Source: Rhizophagus irregularis
Taxonomy: Eukaryota
Length of the DNA: 64,000 nucleotides
Direction of reading: 5' to 3'
NCBI RefSeq assembly: GCF_026210795.1
Contig: NC_089431.1
Location: 4,836,001-4,900,000, forward strand
The first letter of the stretch is position 1, and each line of letters begins with the position of its first letter. Of the stretch, positions 41,523 through 56,249 are shown in pieces. The notes beneath the pieces are model-generated. The model worked only from the letters and a program-made list of their open reading frames with translations, was not told where the DNA came from and did not search any database. Both the position numbers and the translations under genes were made by a program.

Positions 41523-43209
41523 CGAAAATGAAGAGAGAAATTTTAATAATGGGTAAATTATGTTAACAGTCGATGTATAAATTAATGTCAGTATTTTATT
41601 TTATTTATTAACATAAATAAACTATTTTAGTTTATCAATCTCTTGCTAATTCATATAATATTTTTATTTTTGACTTGACGGAGGAGATTTTATTATAAAC
41701 ATTGTATATTAATACTTTACTGAGTTACCTGATTTCTAAATTCATTTACAAGATTAATGGTCTCAATTATTAATGTATTGTATTTAGCAGGTTGTTTAAA
41801 TTAATAATTGCATACTATTAAACAAAAGATGTAAAATTCTTTTATAACATATACATTTTCTTTGAAGTAACAATTTATATAGGATACAAATCCAATTTTT
41901 TATTATGATTGAAATATTTGTTTAATTGGCCTTATTTTATTATAACGAATGAATTTCTAAAAAATATTTAACAATTAGAAAAGATTGAAGTAGATCGATT
42001 TCATTCTTAACATGCTAATTTAAATTTGTTGTACGAGTCTTGCTTTATTTGATAATCATTATTTTAAACTCAAATAAAACTCTGATTAAATGTTTGTTTC
42101 AAACCATGAAAATGTAAAATAAAATCTTATTTTTTTATTATTAAATTTTTTTTTTCCGTAAATCGGAATGAATTCTAGTAATTAATAATCAATTAAATGA
42201 CTGTAATAAATCTGTTTTTGTGTTATGGGTTAAATTGTAAATTAAACTCATTCAAACTTCTAATCACTTTTAATCTTACTAATTGGGAAATCGAAAACTT
42301 TAATGAGAATATGATAAAAATTAATTGATGCAAGTAATCCAGTATAAATCTTGGACCGTTTCAGCAGATATAAATTTTTTGCGAGTTATTTTGTATTTCA
42401 TTCCGTCTAACGTCAAAAATCAAAATATTTTTATATCCGCCGTAACCTGTTATATTATCTGTATTTCTAGTTATTTACCTTGATTATTCGTAACGAACAA
42501 TACCGAAGTGCCAAGTGAGGAAGAATCCCGTTGATAATCATATAATTTTACGATAATTACGCCAGTCATACTACTTTTATTTACCGTTACAGCCGGTAAC
42601 AATATCACCACAATTTTCTGAAAAAAAATCACATTAATATAAAAATAGGTTTTTGTAGAGAAACACTTTTTTCTCGTCTATCTTAAAATATTAACAGCAG
42701 CCATGTTTGCTTAAGAACATCATAATTAATAATAGGGTTTATTTGTTTTAAAATACTTTATTTTAATCATAAAATATAACTAAGAAAATTTGTGACGCTT
42801 AGAATAATAAATTGAATTGTGTAGCGCCTGATTTATTTATAGTCAAAAACTGTTGGGTCAATGGGTCATGTGCTGATCGGAATTTTTAATTTCATCATGT
42901 TGATGCAACAGGTTACAACAGGTTACAACCAATATTTAACTAAGTAAATAGACGTTTCATTGAGATTCTTGAGATTCTTTTATATATAATTATTAAATAT
43001 TAATTTTCAAATAATATTAATTGCGAAAAGAAATTATCACATGAAAATTCGTGAAAATGAAACTATTTTCGGTATTAATTACGCAATTTGTGTATAGCAC
43101 AAATTTTGTAGATCATAAATAATTATACGCCATTCTTATAAATAAAACCTAAATACGTTTGATTTGTCCTAAAAAAAAATTCCTTTTTTTTTAAAAAAAA
43201 AAAATTATA

Positions 43210-44697
43210 ATGGTTGACAATAAGCTTTTACCAAAATTATCACAAAATTTACTTGAAATTTTAGATGACAACGAATATTATGATATTACAATTGAAGTTG
43301 GTAATGACCCTTATGTAAAAATATTCCGTGCTCATATGGTTATTTAAGTAATCGTTCCCCTTACTTGAGAAGAATTTTGTCAACTAATGAAAAGAGAAAT
43401 GATGGAAATTTGGCATATATTAAATTACCAAATATTTTACCTGAAATTTTCAATGTAGTCTTAAAGTAAGAAATCAGTAATTGTTAATAAAAGTGCGTGC
43501 TCTGTATATATATTTTGTTAATTTATAAACGCTTAATTCAAGGTATATTTATGGTGGAAGGTTACCTTTAGAAGAATTTGATATTTCAGATGTCATTAAA
43601 ATATTGGTCGCAGCTAATTAGCTTAGTCTTCAAGAATTGTTCCCTTATATAGAAACCTTTTTGTTAGAAAATAAAACAGTTTGGATGGAACAAAACTTCG
43701 CTTTGATATACCGGACGAGCTTTGAAAATAATTCTTTTTTACAACTTCAAAAATACTGTAATTATTTAATATCAGAAGAACCAAGTAAGATTTTCAATTT
43801 TCCCATCTTTTCTTCAATTCCAGAAAAACTTTTGGTCTCACTTATTCAAAATGAAAATGTTCAATTGAATGAAGTACAAATTGGGAATATGTAATTAAAT
43901 GGGGACTTGCACAAAATCCGGAACTTCTCACTGACACTGAAAGCTATTCAAAAGATGATTTTAACACTTTAAAGAATACTCTACAACAATGTATTCCTTT
44001 AATTAGATTTCATAATTTAACTTCCAAGGAATTTTCAGACAAAGTTATGCCTTACAAAAAAATTTTGCCAAAAGATTTATACAAAGAATTATTAAAAGAT
44101 TTCTTGAATAATAATAGTAGTCCAATTAAGAATTCATTGCGTTCCAAAAATAAGGATGATAAAGAAATTCATATGAATATTAATTCTAAAATAATTTCAT
44201 TACCATATATTGAAATAGTAACAAAATGGATTAATAGACTAAAAATTACGGATAGGTTAACAAATTCATACAAGTATAAATTATTATTTTATGGGTCTTG
44301 TAATGACGGGTTTATAATTAATAAATTACATGATATTTGTAATAATCAATCTCATACTATAACATTTATTAAGATAAAAGATAGTGACGAAATTTTTGGA
44401 GGATATAACCCAATTAAATGGAAATTTGATAACAGTTTTGGAATTACTAAAGATAGTTTTATATTTTCTTTTAAAAATAATAATTTTATTTTAAGTCGTG
44501 TAATGGATGAAAGGTGTGCTATAAATAATAGTCCTTATTACGGGTTGTCATTTGGTAATGGAGATTTATGTTTATACCAAACCCTGCGCGAATTAAGGAT
44601 TCATTGCAAAAAAACTAATTGTGAAAAACAGATTAGAGAAAACAATAGTAAATATATTGTAAAAGAATTTGAAGTATTCCAAATTATGCAAGATTGA
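43210..44697 (+). pseudogene. BTB-BACK-TLDc pseudogene
   Basis: MVDNKLLPKLSQNLLEIL start. Frameshift or stop near 43345, stop near 43619, frameshift near 43880. TLDc ORF at 44047-44697. Confidence 0.85.
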
Positions 44698-44937
44698 CGC
44701 TTAATTGTTATAAGTTTTTACTATTATTAAATAAATTATTTTATTTTATATTCGTTTTTTTTTTGAATCACATGACTCATTATAAATATGTACGATTAGC
44801 ATGTTAATTGACAAATTTTGTATCACCGAGTTTACCATAACGTTACTTTAAGATCTGCACAAACTAGAAGGTCGGCGTTTACGTGACTAAGAATAAATTT
44901 TCTTTTTTAAAGAAAAAAAAATCATGTTAGGATTATT

Positions 44938-46130
44938 ACGGCTAAAAACAAATTTTTAACAAAATTATCGCAAAATTTACTCGAAATTTTGGATGACAAT
45001 GAGTATTATGACATTACAATTGAAGTTGGTAATGACCCTTACATAAAAGTATTCCGTGCTCATATGGTTATCTTAAATTGTCGTTCTTCTTATTTTAGAA
45101 GAATTTTATCAACAAATAAGAAGAAAAATGATGAAACATTAATAAATATTAAATTATCTAATATTAAACCAGAAATTTTTCAATTAATTCTTAGGTAAGT
45201 AGTAATTAATAAATATTGAATTATAAATATTATGAATAAATCATCATTTTATGAATTTATTTTTAATTTCACAAAATGTTTTTTGTTATAGGTATATTTA
45301 TGGAGGAAGTCTTTCATTAGAGGAATTTGATACTTCAGATATCATTAAAATTTTGATCACTGCAAGTGAATTAAGTCTTCAAGAATTAATTCCTCATTTA
45401 CAATCCTTTTTAATTAAAAACAAAGAAAATTGGATGGAACAAAATTTTAATTTAATATATCAAATTAGTTTTGAAAATGATTATTCTTTCTTAGACCTTC
45501 AAAAATTTTGCACAGAATTATTTTCTAAGCAACCAGGAAAAATTTTTAATTCACCTGATTTTACTTCAATTTCAGAAAAAATTTTGACCTCTCTTATTCA
45601 AAATGATCTTCAAATAAGTGAAGTTCAAATTTGGGAACACGTTCTTAAATGGGCTATTGCTCAGAATCCTGGACTTTCGTTAGATCCTTCAAGTTATTCA
45701 AAGGATGATTTCAATGTTTTAAAGAATACTTTACAACGACGTATTCTCCTTATTAAATTTATTAAATTTACTTCAAAAGAATTTTTGATCAAAGTATGTC
45801 CATATAAAAAGGTTATTCTAAGAAATTGTATAAAAGTTTAATTGAATGCTTTTTTGATAATGATTATAACCCAAGCGACAAGTTGGGACCAAAGATAATC
45901 AAGGAAACTATTATTCGTGAAAGCATTGATTCAAAAATCATTACAGTTCAATATGTTGAATTAATTTCAAAATGGATCGGTAAGTTAGAGATTATGGACG
46001 AGATAAAGGATTTATATGAATTCAAATTAATCTTTCGTGGATCTCGGGATGGATTTACTCCTGAAAATTTCATGAAATTTGTGATAATCAATATCATACC
46101 GTAACAATTATTAAAATAAAAGATAGTAAT
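44938..46130 (+). pseudogene. BTB-BACK-TLDc pseudogene truncated in TLDc by an insertion
   Basis: The start codon appears as ACG. Frameshifts occur near 45820 and 46065. Homology ends abruptly at IKIKDSN, next to a TIR. Confidence 0.82.
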
Positions 46131-47520
46131 CCCTATAAGAAATATGTTAAGAAATATGTATACGGAAAGGATACGTTTTGTATACATTTTATGTACGTTT
46201 TTATAGATTCCGTATACAAATTCCGTATATTTAATAAGCAATTCATTTTTGAACATTTTTTAAAAAAACTAATGTATACGGAAAAAATTAATCATGCGGA
46301 ATGTATACGGAATTTTTAAACTTAAGATAATTTTACCCATCATAACACGAGATCACATGATTGTTTATTGTTTTGTTATGATACGTTTTTTGTTTTTTAT
46401 ATAAACCCTTACTTTGATGAGTTTGATCTTCCGATCTTCCTTTCTGTCTTTCCTTTCTTTTCTCTTTCTCTTGTCTTATTTTTGTTATTTTTTCTAAATT
46501 TTTCTTCTCACTTTAAAAAAAATTTTTTTTCGTTCTCCTTTGAAAAAAAAATTTTTTTCGTCACTCCCTTAAAAAAAAATTTTTTCTTTTATTGCCACTC
46601 TTCTTTTTTTTTTTAAAAAAAATTTCTTCTTTCTATTTCTATTTCCTCTTTATAAAAAAATTTTTATTTTTCTAACTTTGACGTCCTCTCTTTAAAAAAA
46701 AATTTTTTTTTAACTTTCCTAACTTCGTTATCCCTCTTTTTTAAAAAATATTTTTTTTGGTTTATCCTTTCTTCTTTATTTATATTTAATTTCATAGGCC
46801 AGCAGATTTTTTTTGTGAGAATATTCAGTTTCTTTTTTTTTTTGTAGATCAGTTTGGGAGTCCTTTTCTTTTTGTAGGTTGTTTCAGTTTTGTTGCTTTA
46901 GAGTCTTCTTTTTTTGTAGGTCAGTTTTGGATTTATTTTGTTGTTTTGGTTTCTTTTTCATCAGATGCTTCATAATTCTTTTCATTTATGTAGGTCAGAC
47001 ATTCTGGAGTTCTCTTTCTTTTTTTGTAGGAATGCTGACCTTTAGTGACTTGGACGATTGCAGATACTATATGAAGGGGGGGTTTTGTTTCCAATTAAGT
47101 TAGACGTTCTTATGTTTTTTTTTTTGTTCTTTTAGGTTGTTTGATCCAAATGAACCTGAACCTATAGATAATTTAGGTTGCAATAGGTGGTTTTAATAAA
47201 GAGGGAATTTTCATAATGTATTTGTACTTTATTAAATTAAATAAAAAATAAAAAATAAACAAAGTGAAATTAGATTTATGTAAATACAATTATAGTAAAC
47301 TGTAATACAAATAGTAAATTCAGTGACCAAATCGTACAAATTTCGTGATAAAATCAGTGATGTAAATTCCATATAAATCCCGTGCAAATTCCGTATCCAA
47401 ACCATATTTTTGGTGATACGGAATTGTGCATTTTTCCGTATCCTATTATGATACGTTATTTCTAAGGAAAAAAAATCGTATAAAAACTTTATAAAAAACG
47501 TATCCAATTTTTTTATAGGG
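46131..47520. mobile_element. About 1.4-kb non-autonomous TIR element
   Basis: It begins ccctataagaaa...ggatacgttttgtatacattttatgtacg and ends cgtataaaaactttataaaaaacgtatccaattttttttataggg-like. Both ends carry subterminal tacgga/tccgta repeats. No clear target duplication. Confidence 0.7.
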
Positions 47521-48300
47521 AGTTAATATATAATCATAATGTTCACGCGTTATATTCAGGATTTTACTAGACTTAGTGATATGATTTTGCGATAAAGTAT
47601 AAAAGAAATAAAAATTTTATAAAAAATAAAATGAGATTATAATATTACTATCACTGTTAAGTCCGTCCTTCGCTTTTATATCGATTTATTCGGATATAGA
47701 GGATTGGAATATTTGACTTTCTGTGCACGAGTTATTTTTTAATTGTTTATATTTTATAGTTCAATGCAAATAAATAAAATGTACATTTAAGTTTGGTATA
47801 ACGTAAATATTTTAAATCCGCATGCTTCACTGTAATCACAATCATACGTACGGTGTACCATGCTAAAATAAAAAAACTATTTTAAAATGTAAATCTCAAA
47901 CATAGTAACATGAGCAGGTCATTTGACTTTGAAATAACCTCTTAAATCCTAGTCGGTAAGATCATTTTTCATTTAAGTCATTTTACAATCCCAATTTAAT
48001 AAGCGTATTGTGTTGCCAGAAATAGGATAAAATAATCTAGGTAAAACCAATGTTATTTTTATATGATTACGTGAAATAATTTCATTTCGATTTCAGATAT
48101 AATTGATTAGTCAATTTTGTTCAAACGGTCTGCTGGTAGGATCTCAATTTTAGAAAGTAAAAAAAAAAAACATTTAAAAACCAGCTGAACTTTGCGTCTC
48201 GTATTTCATTAAGCGAAATTATATGAAGAGTCATTCTACGATTCCAGCAATTTATTAGTAATATGATGAAAACGAATTTATTCAATTTTATACATACAAA

Positions 48301-49256
48301 TCTATCTTATTAAAAAAATTCCTGTGAAACCGTTATTCGATATTTATACAGGTTAATCTAAATTTCTGAGTTATGCAACGTATCATTCCCCTGCGCCAGA
48401 TTTGCGCCTGATCTATACTTAAGTGTGTTTTTGATCGGCAAATTTGTGATTGCTAATACCAATTTTTATTTTCCCGAGTAACTGGCATTTTACCAATACA
48501 AATAACTATTAGAATAGATAGATTATTAGCTTTTTTTAATAATGATGATACTGTAAATTTCTATAATGGATAATGAATTTTTCTCCCCATAATAATAGAT
48601 CAATTTAATAGACTTTAGTATATAAAAGAGAATTATTTGGCCTTTTCCCTAATAAAATTTTTTTATATTGATTTTTTCTCCCGATAATAATAATTCAGTG
48701 TAATAAAGATAAAGATTTTTTAGCGTTTTTTCTCCTAATATCAATAAAACTATTTATAATAAATTTGAAAATATTCTACAGTACTGTAACATCTACTTTA
48801 TACAATAAATAAAATTTATATTAATTTCTTATCAATATAATACATTATTAATATATTTCTTCAGACCAAAAACATTGTATATAATGAAATCTTTCAAAAT
48901 ATTTAAACATGCTATAATAATACTACATTTTTCAAATATACAAAAAAAAGTTTATCTCACACATAAAAAAATCTTTTTGTAATCATATACAAAAAAAAAA
49001 TTCTAGCAAATGAAAAGAGACGTTTTCTAAGCTCTAAGAACTCCATCTTAGCCTTTTTTTTATCACCTTTTTTAAATTTATTAAATTTATTTTTTATTTT
49101 ATTATCATTTATTTACACTCCTTTAGATTTCTAATTATGAACAATCATAAAACTTGAAGTTTTTAAACATATATCATAATTTTTTTTCATTATTCATTAC
49201 TACATTAATATAAAACAACTTACTAATCCCGGTGCGAAGCAACGGGCTATCGCTAG
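48301..49256 (+). mobile_element. Non-autonomous Helitron
   Basis: The 3' end has the hairpin cccggtgc-gaa-gcaacggg, 6 nt, then CTAG|t. The candidate 5' end is a|TCtatcttattaaaa, consistent with insertion between A and T. The 5' boundary is less certain. Confidence 0.65.
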
Positions 49257-52200
49257 TTGTAATTTAATGAATATTGTTGCTAAACAAATCAATTTTTGGC
49301 ACTAATTTTACTCTTACATTCTCATATTAGACACATTTTATCTGCCACCATTCATTTTTAACTCTCTTTTTTTTTAGAATTATATCAATTCTATTTATAA
49401 TTATTACTCAATTTAGTTATTTTTGTTTTGCTTTAGTTTATTAGTTAATGTTAACTTGATCTCTTGAAAATGATTCTCCAATTTTTATTATGATTACAAT
49501 AATGATTTGGTAAACATATATCCAAAGGGAGTATATAGTAAATTAGTACAGTGCGGTAATACAAATTAGTACGGACACTCAAAAAAAAAAAATATTTCAA
49601 TTTTCAAAATAAATTTTGATTTTCCGTACTAATGAATAAATATCATGTGGTCAAATTTGCGAGAATGAATGAATAATATACTATGGACTCCATAGACTTT
49701 TTTTTTTTTTGACCGAAAAAATTATTTTCCAAATCGCTTATCCCTGAGCTTTTTAATTAATTCCTAAATTTCTAATTAAAAAAATAAATTAAAGCATTAT
49801 TAACTTTCTTGTGGTATCCTTATTGTTCTTGGCGGAAAAAGTTTAATTTGGTTTAATATTTTCTCTTTTCTTTCCTGGAGTTGAATTTGGTTTTCTTCTT
49901 CCTTAAATAATCTCAACATAATTAGCATGTTATAATATTTTTAATTGCTCTAGGAAGTGGTTTTCAGTTTGGATTTTTGCTTCAATTTCCTCTACTGTTT
50001 TTACAAAAATAATTCCTCATGGAAGAAATAACTTCTGCCAATTCAACCAATCAAAAACAAATGAAAATTGACAATTCAAGTTAAACTACCTTGAGGGTGA
50101 TGTTGTATAACCGGAGAAAAAAGACAAATCTTTTGAATGATAACTTTAGTTATTACAAATTTCAAAATGTAAAAATCAGACTACTGTATTACATCAGGAA
50201 AGTTTTTCGTTTTCTATTCACAGATAATCCATAACTAATTAGAAACACCATTAACATCTCTTGAAATATACTACCACCAAGAAAATTACACACTGGTTCT
50301 GATTATAAATAAAATATAATTAATTAATTAGTCCAAAAAATTATTCACATTAGAAATATATTCTTACCACTTAAATAAACCTGAGCTACATAGCGTAAAC
50401 AAAAGATAATATGGCTACCGCCTATTGTTTAAACTTGAGACGATGAATCTGAAGTAGCAGCATCTTATCTTACGCTATTATTTTGAACTAGCTTTTTGAT
50501 TACCTGCATCTAGTATATCCTCGTGATCCTAATACATATAAATGACTTATTCTCTTTTACCGTAATTCTAAAACTGCAAAAATTGTACTATATACGTACT
50601 TATTATATTAGTACAATATTTTATAAAGACAACCATCAATTATCTCAGTTGTTTATGCAGAAATTGTTGAATAGTAACGGGATATAAAATTACATGAACG
50701 GCCCGCACTACGTGATTAATCATCAAGTGTTAAATAATTATTTATCTAAAAAAAAATTGTTTTTTAAAATAAACCAAACGTAAAATCAATATATTTATAA
50801 GGTAAAAAAAATTTAAAATTTAAGGAACATCGTTTATAATCTCAAAGTATGAAAAAATGTCCTTATTCTTAAAACCCTCAAAAACAAATTTACATAATTG
50901 TGGACAAATGTCGTACCCTCACATAGTTACCTCTATATAAGAACATCATATATAACGATAAGTACATAGGAGCTTTAGGTCGGACGAGCATTCCATGTAG
51001 TAACACTATAAGCCTCACTAAAAGAAACTAAAAGGGACGACTTAATGTTAATAAAGTAAATCCAATCCTCTATAATTATATGAAATTTATAATCAGTAGC
51101 GGGACATTTTTTTTTTTTACCTTGTTCATTAACCAACTTTTCGGGAATATAAATCTTTGATAGAACAACACCGAACTTTCTATATAAAGAGAATTATGAT
51201 TAAATTGGTTATTGAAAAAGAATAAACCTATTAAACTGATTAAACCCATTAAACTGATTAAATGATTAAAACTATTAACTAGATTAAAACAATTAACCCG
51301 ATTAAAATGATAAAAATGTACCTCAATGTTTCCATATATCACTTTAAACGACATTAACTAAGTAAGTCTAAAAAGTTTATTATAATTAAATTCTATACAT
51401 TCTAAAGAAAGAAATAGATTACAAGTCCAGCGGTTACTTCAAGAAAATAGATATAGTTTCAATACATTCTTCCATAATAGATACACCAGTATAGTTTCTT
51501 TGAAGGTTATCAAAATAAGTAGTCATTTTCTTTTTTTAAAAAATAGAGAAATAATAAAAGTTTATATTTTTTCTAATATATACAGTATATTATATAAATA
51601 TATTAGATTTTGCGTAAAAGAAAGGCAGAATTATTAAAAAAAAGTATGAACGGAGTTCCGTTATATTGAATTAGTAACGGATTTACAGTATACTTGCATG
51701 GTATTTATTGATACTTGATTGAAATTACATCTAATCAGTAAATAGTAAAATAACAATATTAAAATCGAAATGATTATGCGATATTGATAATCGCGAATCG
51801 CGTAACAGTTGTAACACCGCATCTGAGTCACAGTTAGTAAAAATTAATACTGTAATACATTTCTAAGCCTCATATTTTTTATATATATAAGACTCATTGG
51901 GGCTTTTTTGTTTCTTATAGTTCTGCAGTTTTATTACTGTTATCATCGAATCTTCGCTCTGGAAAACTCTTTTTTTGACGCCTCTATTCACACTCCAGCT
52001 TCTGGTTCCGTTTCTTTTCGTTCTCCTGTGGATCCCTCTTCTACTACCAGAGCTTCTTCCGGACCGGACACTGTCCAAGACGCTATTCAGACGTGACTCT
52101 ACAAAATTTTTTCAACAGAAGGTTTGTTTTTTTCAGATAATATTGTAAAGTATTATGATATGAATGGTATGAATAAATAATAACAAATATATTATTTATC

Positions 52201-52307
52201 GTTTTAAGAAACCTAAAGTGCATGGATCATATTAACTGTAAGAATCTCCGAAGACTACGGCTTGGGTGTGGGTTTGTGTGTGTATGTTTATGTTGTGTAT
52301 TTCCTTG

Positions 52308-53155
52308 CTCCCTTTCGTTTTCCCTTTCCTTTTCCCTTTCCTTCCCCTTTCGTTCTCCCCTTTACCCTTCGTTCTCCCCTTTTCCTTTTTCCCTTCGTTT
52401 CCTCCTTTCCCTTTCGTTATCCCCTTTCCCTTCGTTATCCCCTTTCCCTTCGTTATCCCCTTTCCCTTCGTCTTCCCTTTTCCTTTCGTTATCCCTTTAC
52501 CTTTTTCCCTTCGTTTCCTCCTTTCCCTTTCGTTATCCCCTTTCCCTTCGTTATCCCCTTTCCCTTCGTCTTCCCTTTTCCTTTCGTTATCCCCTTTACC
52601 TTTTTCCCTTCGTTTTCTCCTTTCCCTTTCGTTATCCCCTTTCCCTTCGTTATCCCCTTTCCCTTTCGTTATCCCCTTTCCCTTCGTTATCCCCTTTCCC
52701 TTTCGTTATCCCCTTTCCCTTCGTTATCCCCTTTCCCTTCGTTATCCCCTTTCCCTTCGTTATCCCCTTTCCCTTTCGTTATCCCCTTTCCCTTCGTTAT
52801 CCCCTTTCCCTTCGTTATCCCCTTTCCCTTCGTTATCCCCTTTCCCTTCGTTATCCCCTTTCCCTTCGTTATCCCCTTTTCCCTTCGTTATCCCCTTTTC
52901 CCTTCGTTATCCCCTTTCCCTGCGTCAACCCGCTTCCCCTTCGTTATCCCCTTTCCCCTTCGTTATCCCCTTCCCTTTCGTTATCCCCTTTCCCCTTCGT
53001 TATCCCCTTTCCCTTTCGTTATCCCCTTTCCCTTTCGTTATCCCCTTTCCCTTTCGTTATCCCCTTTCCCTTCGTTCCCTCCTTTCCCTTTCGTTATCCC
53101 CTTTCCCTTTCGTTCTCCCCCTTTTCCCTTCGTTATCCCTTTTCCCTTTCCCCCC
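52308..53155. repeat. Pyrimidine-rich 18-19 bp minisatellite (CCCTTCGTTATCCCCTTT)n
   Basis: Direct reading. Open frames in all three plus-strand phases are low-complexity artefacts. Confidence 0.95.
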
Positions 53156-54356
53156 TGATCAATGTTGCTGCACCTCAACGTGGTGATCAGGTGACAACAA
53201 GTTTTGAAAAGACTTGGCTAAGTCAGCAACAAATACTAATTACACATTTGACTTTCCATTGCTTAAATGATTTGTTTTTAGGAAGCACTTGTGGGTTTTC
53301 TCTAACTTTTTGTCTTTCTTGTCTTTCTACTAAAAGCATTTTAGACTTATTTTTGTCGATTGTGTGATAATAGAAAACCTAAACAAACATCTAGCAACGG
53401 ATGGATCTCTATTTACTAAAGAATTGCCATATCCAATGGATACATCCTTATTTTTAGATTCTTCAATTTTCCAAAGTACTGAAATGCAAGCTTAAGTATC
53501 CTTATTAAGTCATATGATGCATTTCCTTTATCAAGTTCTTTATTAATGATCAATTTTACAAACATATAATAAGCTAAAAGCTATTATGCTTACTGTTCTG
53601 TGATTAAATCGATTTGTTCACTTTATTAATTTATTAAATTGATTTCAAATAAATAAATAATTTGATAAATCTAATTTTTTAAGATTATTTGATTTTGCAA
53701 GTTTTCCATAATAACGTTTTTAGGACTAGAATTTTGATGAAATTTTTAATATTCAAATTTAAACAATGATTTTCTATATGTTTTGAACTACGAAAAAAAA
53801 AATTATCATAATTAAACATTGGTTTATAAAAGTCATAGGATTCAGTTATTAAACGTCATAGTGTTTCAATTTAGCCTGTGAAAATTATACAATTGATATG
53901 GGATGTTTATTTTTTATCAAATTGATAGTGTTACCAAAATTTTTGCTATTTAAAATTATTGTTAGGGTTACCCATGAAAATAGTTGAAGATCGAACAATT
54001 CACGTGATGTAGTGCACAGAAATCCCATGATTATGGCTGAGTTTATTACAATATGGAACATTTCTTATAATATATTTTAGTTTTATTTAATTAACCACTT
54101 TTAGTATTATTATTGCTTTTGACTCATAAATATTCAAGTATAAGCATCAGTTTAATTATCATAACATTAGTAAAACTGCTTTATTAGTTAGCTAGAGAAG
54201 TTCTTGAGATTTACATAGTTGATGAATCATATAGACATATGGAACTTACACAAAATGGTAACAGAAAGGTTTTTACAGATAATTGCGATGAGAAAAGAAC
54301 AATTGATTGATTAATCAATCATATTAGTATAATAAGATAATATTGATAAATTCAAA

Positions 54357-54467
54357 CTGTCATTCATAAGTAATAGTTATTTCACGAGGATCAATGATTT
54401 CACGGCGCAGCCGTAAAAATCATGATATTCCAGTGACTCTGTGAAATAACTTTTACCTATGTCACAG
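54357..54467. repeat. About 110-bp imperfect palindrome
   Basis: cataagtaatagttatttcac ... ttcacggc-gca-gccgtaaa ... gtgaaataacttttacctatg. Confidence 0.7.
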
Positions 54468-56249
54468 TCGTATGAAGATGTAAACATATATAGGGCAATA
54501 TTTTCTTCTGAATAAAAGTTGTTAACACCTGAGTAGATTTAACAGAGAGTTTAGATTGTGTTATCCGAAGTATTGTTTGATTTGATTGTTAGTTTCTTTT
54601 TTTTTACAGTAAACTTTTCGCGTGTTTTACTTGTTTTACCTTGTGTTTTGTCATTATTTGTTTAATAGATTTTTATTTTTAAGAGACTTTTACATTATTT
54701 ACCAGAATTATACTTTCATTATTAATTTCTATTGAGAATTATTATGATACTCCGATATTTTGTTACAAAATTATTGAAACACCTATAATCTTACTGTTTG
54801 ACCTTTTTGTCACAACTGATCAGTTTGACATCTCCGACGTTAGTTATCGCTCCAAACCAAATCAGTGATAACAATAGAAACTTTTATTGCTTAAAATACT
54901 GTAATAACTATATGTAACCTTAAATATAAATAGTTTATTAAAAAAGTTATTAAGCAACTCAATTTTGTCATGAGCGTACTAAAAAATTCAAGATGTTATG
55001 AATAATTCGCCCAATTGAACATTTTATAACTTTAATAATCTTGCTCTTGTAACTTATACTATAGTATAGATCACATGACATTTTAGTTGCTGCGTCACAA
55101 ATTAAATAATAATATACCCAAAAATTTTTTATATGATTTATTTATTATTACTTTGTATCATAAACCGAATGTTTCACTATAAAAGATTTTAAATATATAT
55201 TATATCATAATCACAATTGGATTTATATATTTTTTCTCAATTACATTTTCATATAATTGGAAAAAGAAGAGATAAAGGCACGATTTGTTTTGTACAATAT
55301 AAACAAAGTTTTCTATCTTTTATAAAAAATTTTAATAATAAATCATAGGCGCAAAAACAATTAAGCAATGCATCGATTTTAACGCGTCCATTCACATCTC
55401 CTGTTTTAAAATATACGCGAACAGATACATTATAAGTAATATATAAAAAATAACTAATATGTGTAGATGAATGTTTATTGTATCGATTATTTGTCATTAG
55501 GACCTATACATGGTTTAATATTTAAATAATTTATATATTATAAATATGTCGTATCTTTTTTTTTTATCTCCTCGCATATTATTCGTTATACTGCCTTCTC
55601 AAAAAAGACAGAAACAACTAAAAAGTCAAAAATTATAAGAAGACATTTTTGACCTAACATACCATTAATAATAGAAACACATTGAGGCTTATCGCGAACC
55701 TTCCACTAGGTCGTTTCTGCCAAAATCGAAATCGGAATCGATTAAACTCGATTATCAAATAAAAATCGAAACTATAGTGCCGGCTCGTTTTAATCACGTG
55801 ACATCAGATCTTTGCGTTTATACTAAAGTTTTAATTTCGGCCGGAATTATAAACTTTGGCAGAGTTACCGCCGATTACTGATTATTCGTGCAATAAAACG
55901 TTTTATTTTAAATGCAAAATCATACAATTTAATAATCAAATGATTTATATGTTAAATTTGTGATCATTGGAAATTTTCCACAAATTTAATGATTCTAATT
56001 ATGGAAATCGATTCCAATCCCTACCCTCCACAGCAAGGTACAAATGTTTTATTAATTACTCAATTTATTTTTCAACGGATTTTCTTTTTATTAACTCTAA
56101 CAAATTATAGCCAATTAAAAAAATGAATAAATTTGACAAGTAAAAAATTTATTAATCAGAATTTATTTACAATATAATACTTGGAATCTATAAAAATATC
56201 ATATTATGTATTGTATGTAAAATGTTTGGTATTTCTTTATCGACTTCTT

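Noticed and set aside
46368..47507. Phe-rich short ORFs, also at 32809-32991
   Set aside because: They come from T-rich low-complexity sequence inside repeat elements.
49545..50720. Possible degraded transposase or gene relic on the minus strand
   Set aside because: Only short ambiguous peptide fragments are visible, and I could not confirm terminal repeats.
52222..53367. Three long overlapping ORFs of 298-381 aa
   Set aside because: They are artefacts of a stop-free pyrimidine-rich minisatellite.
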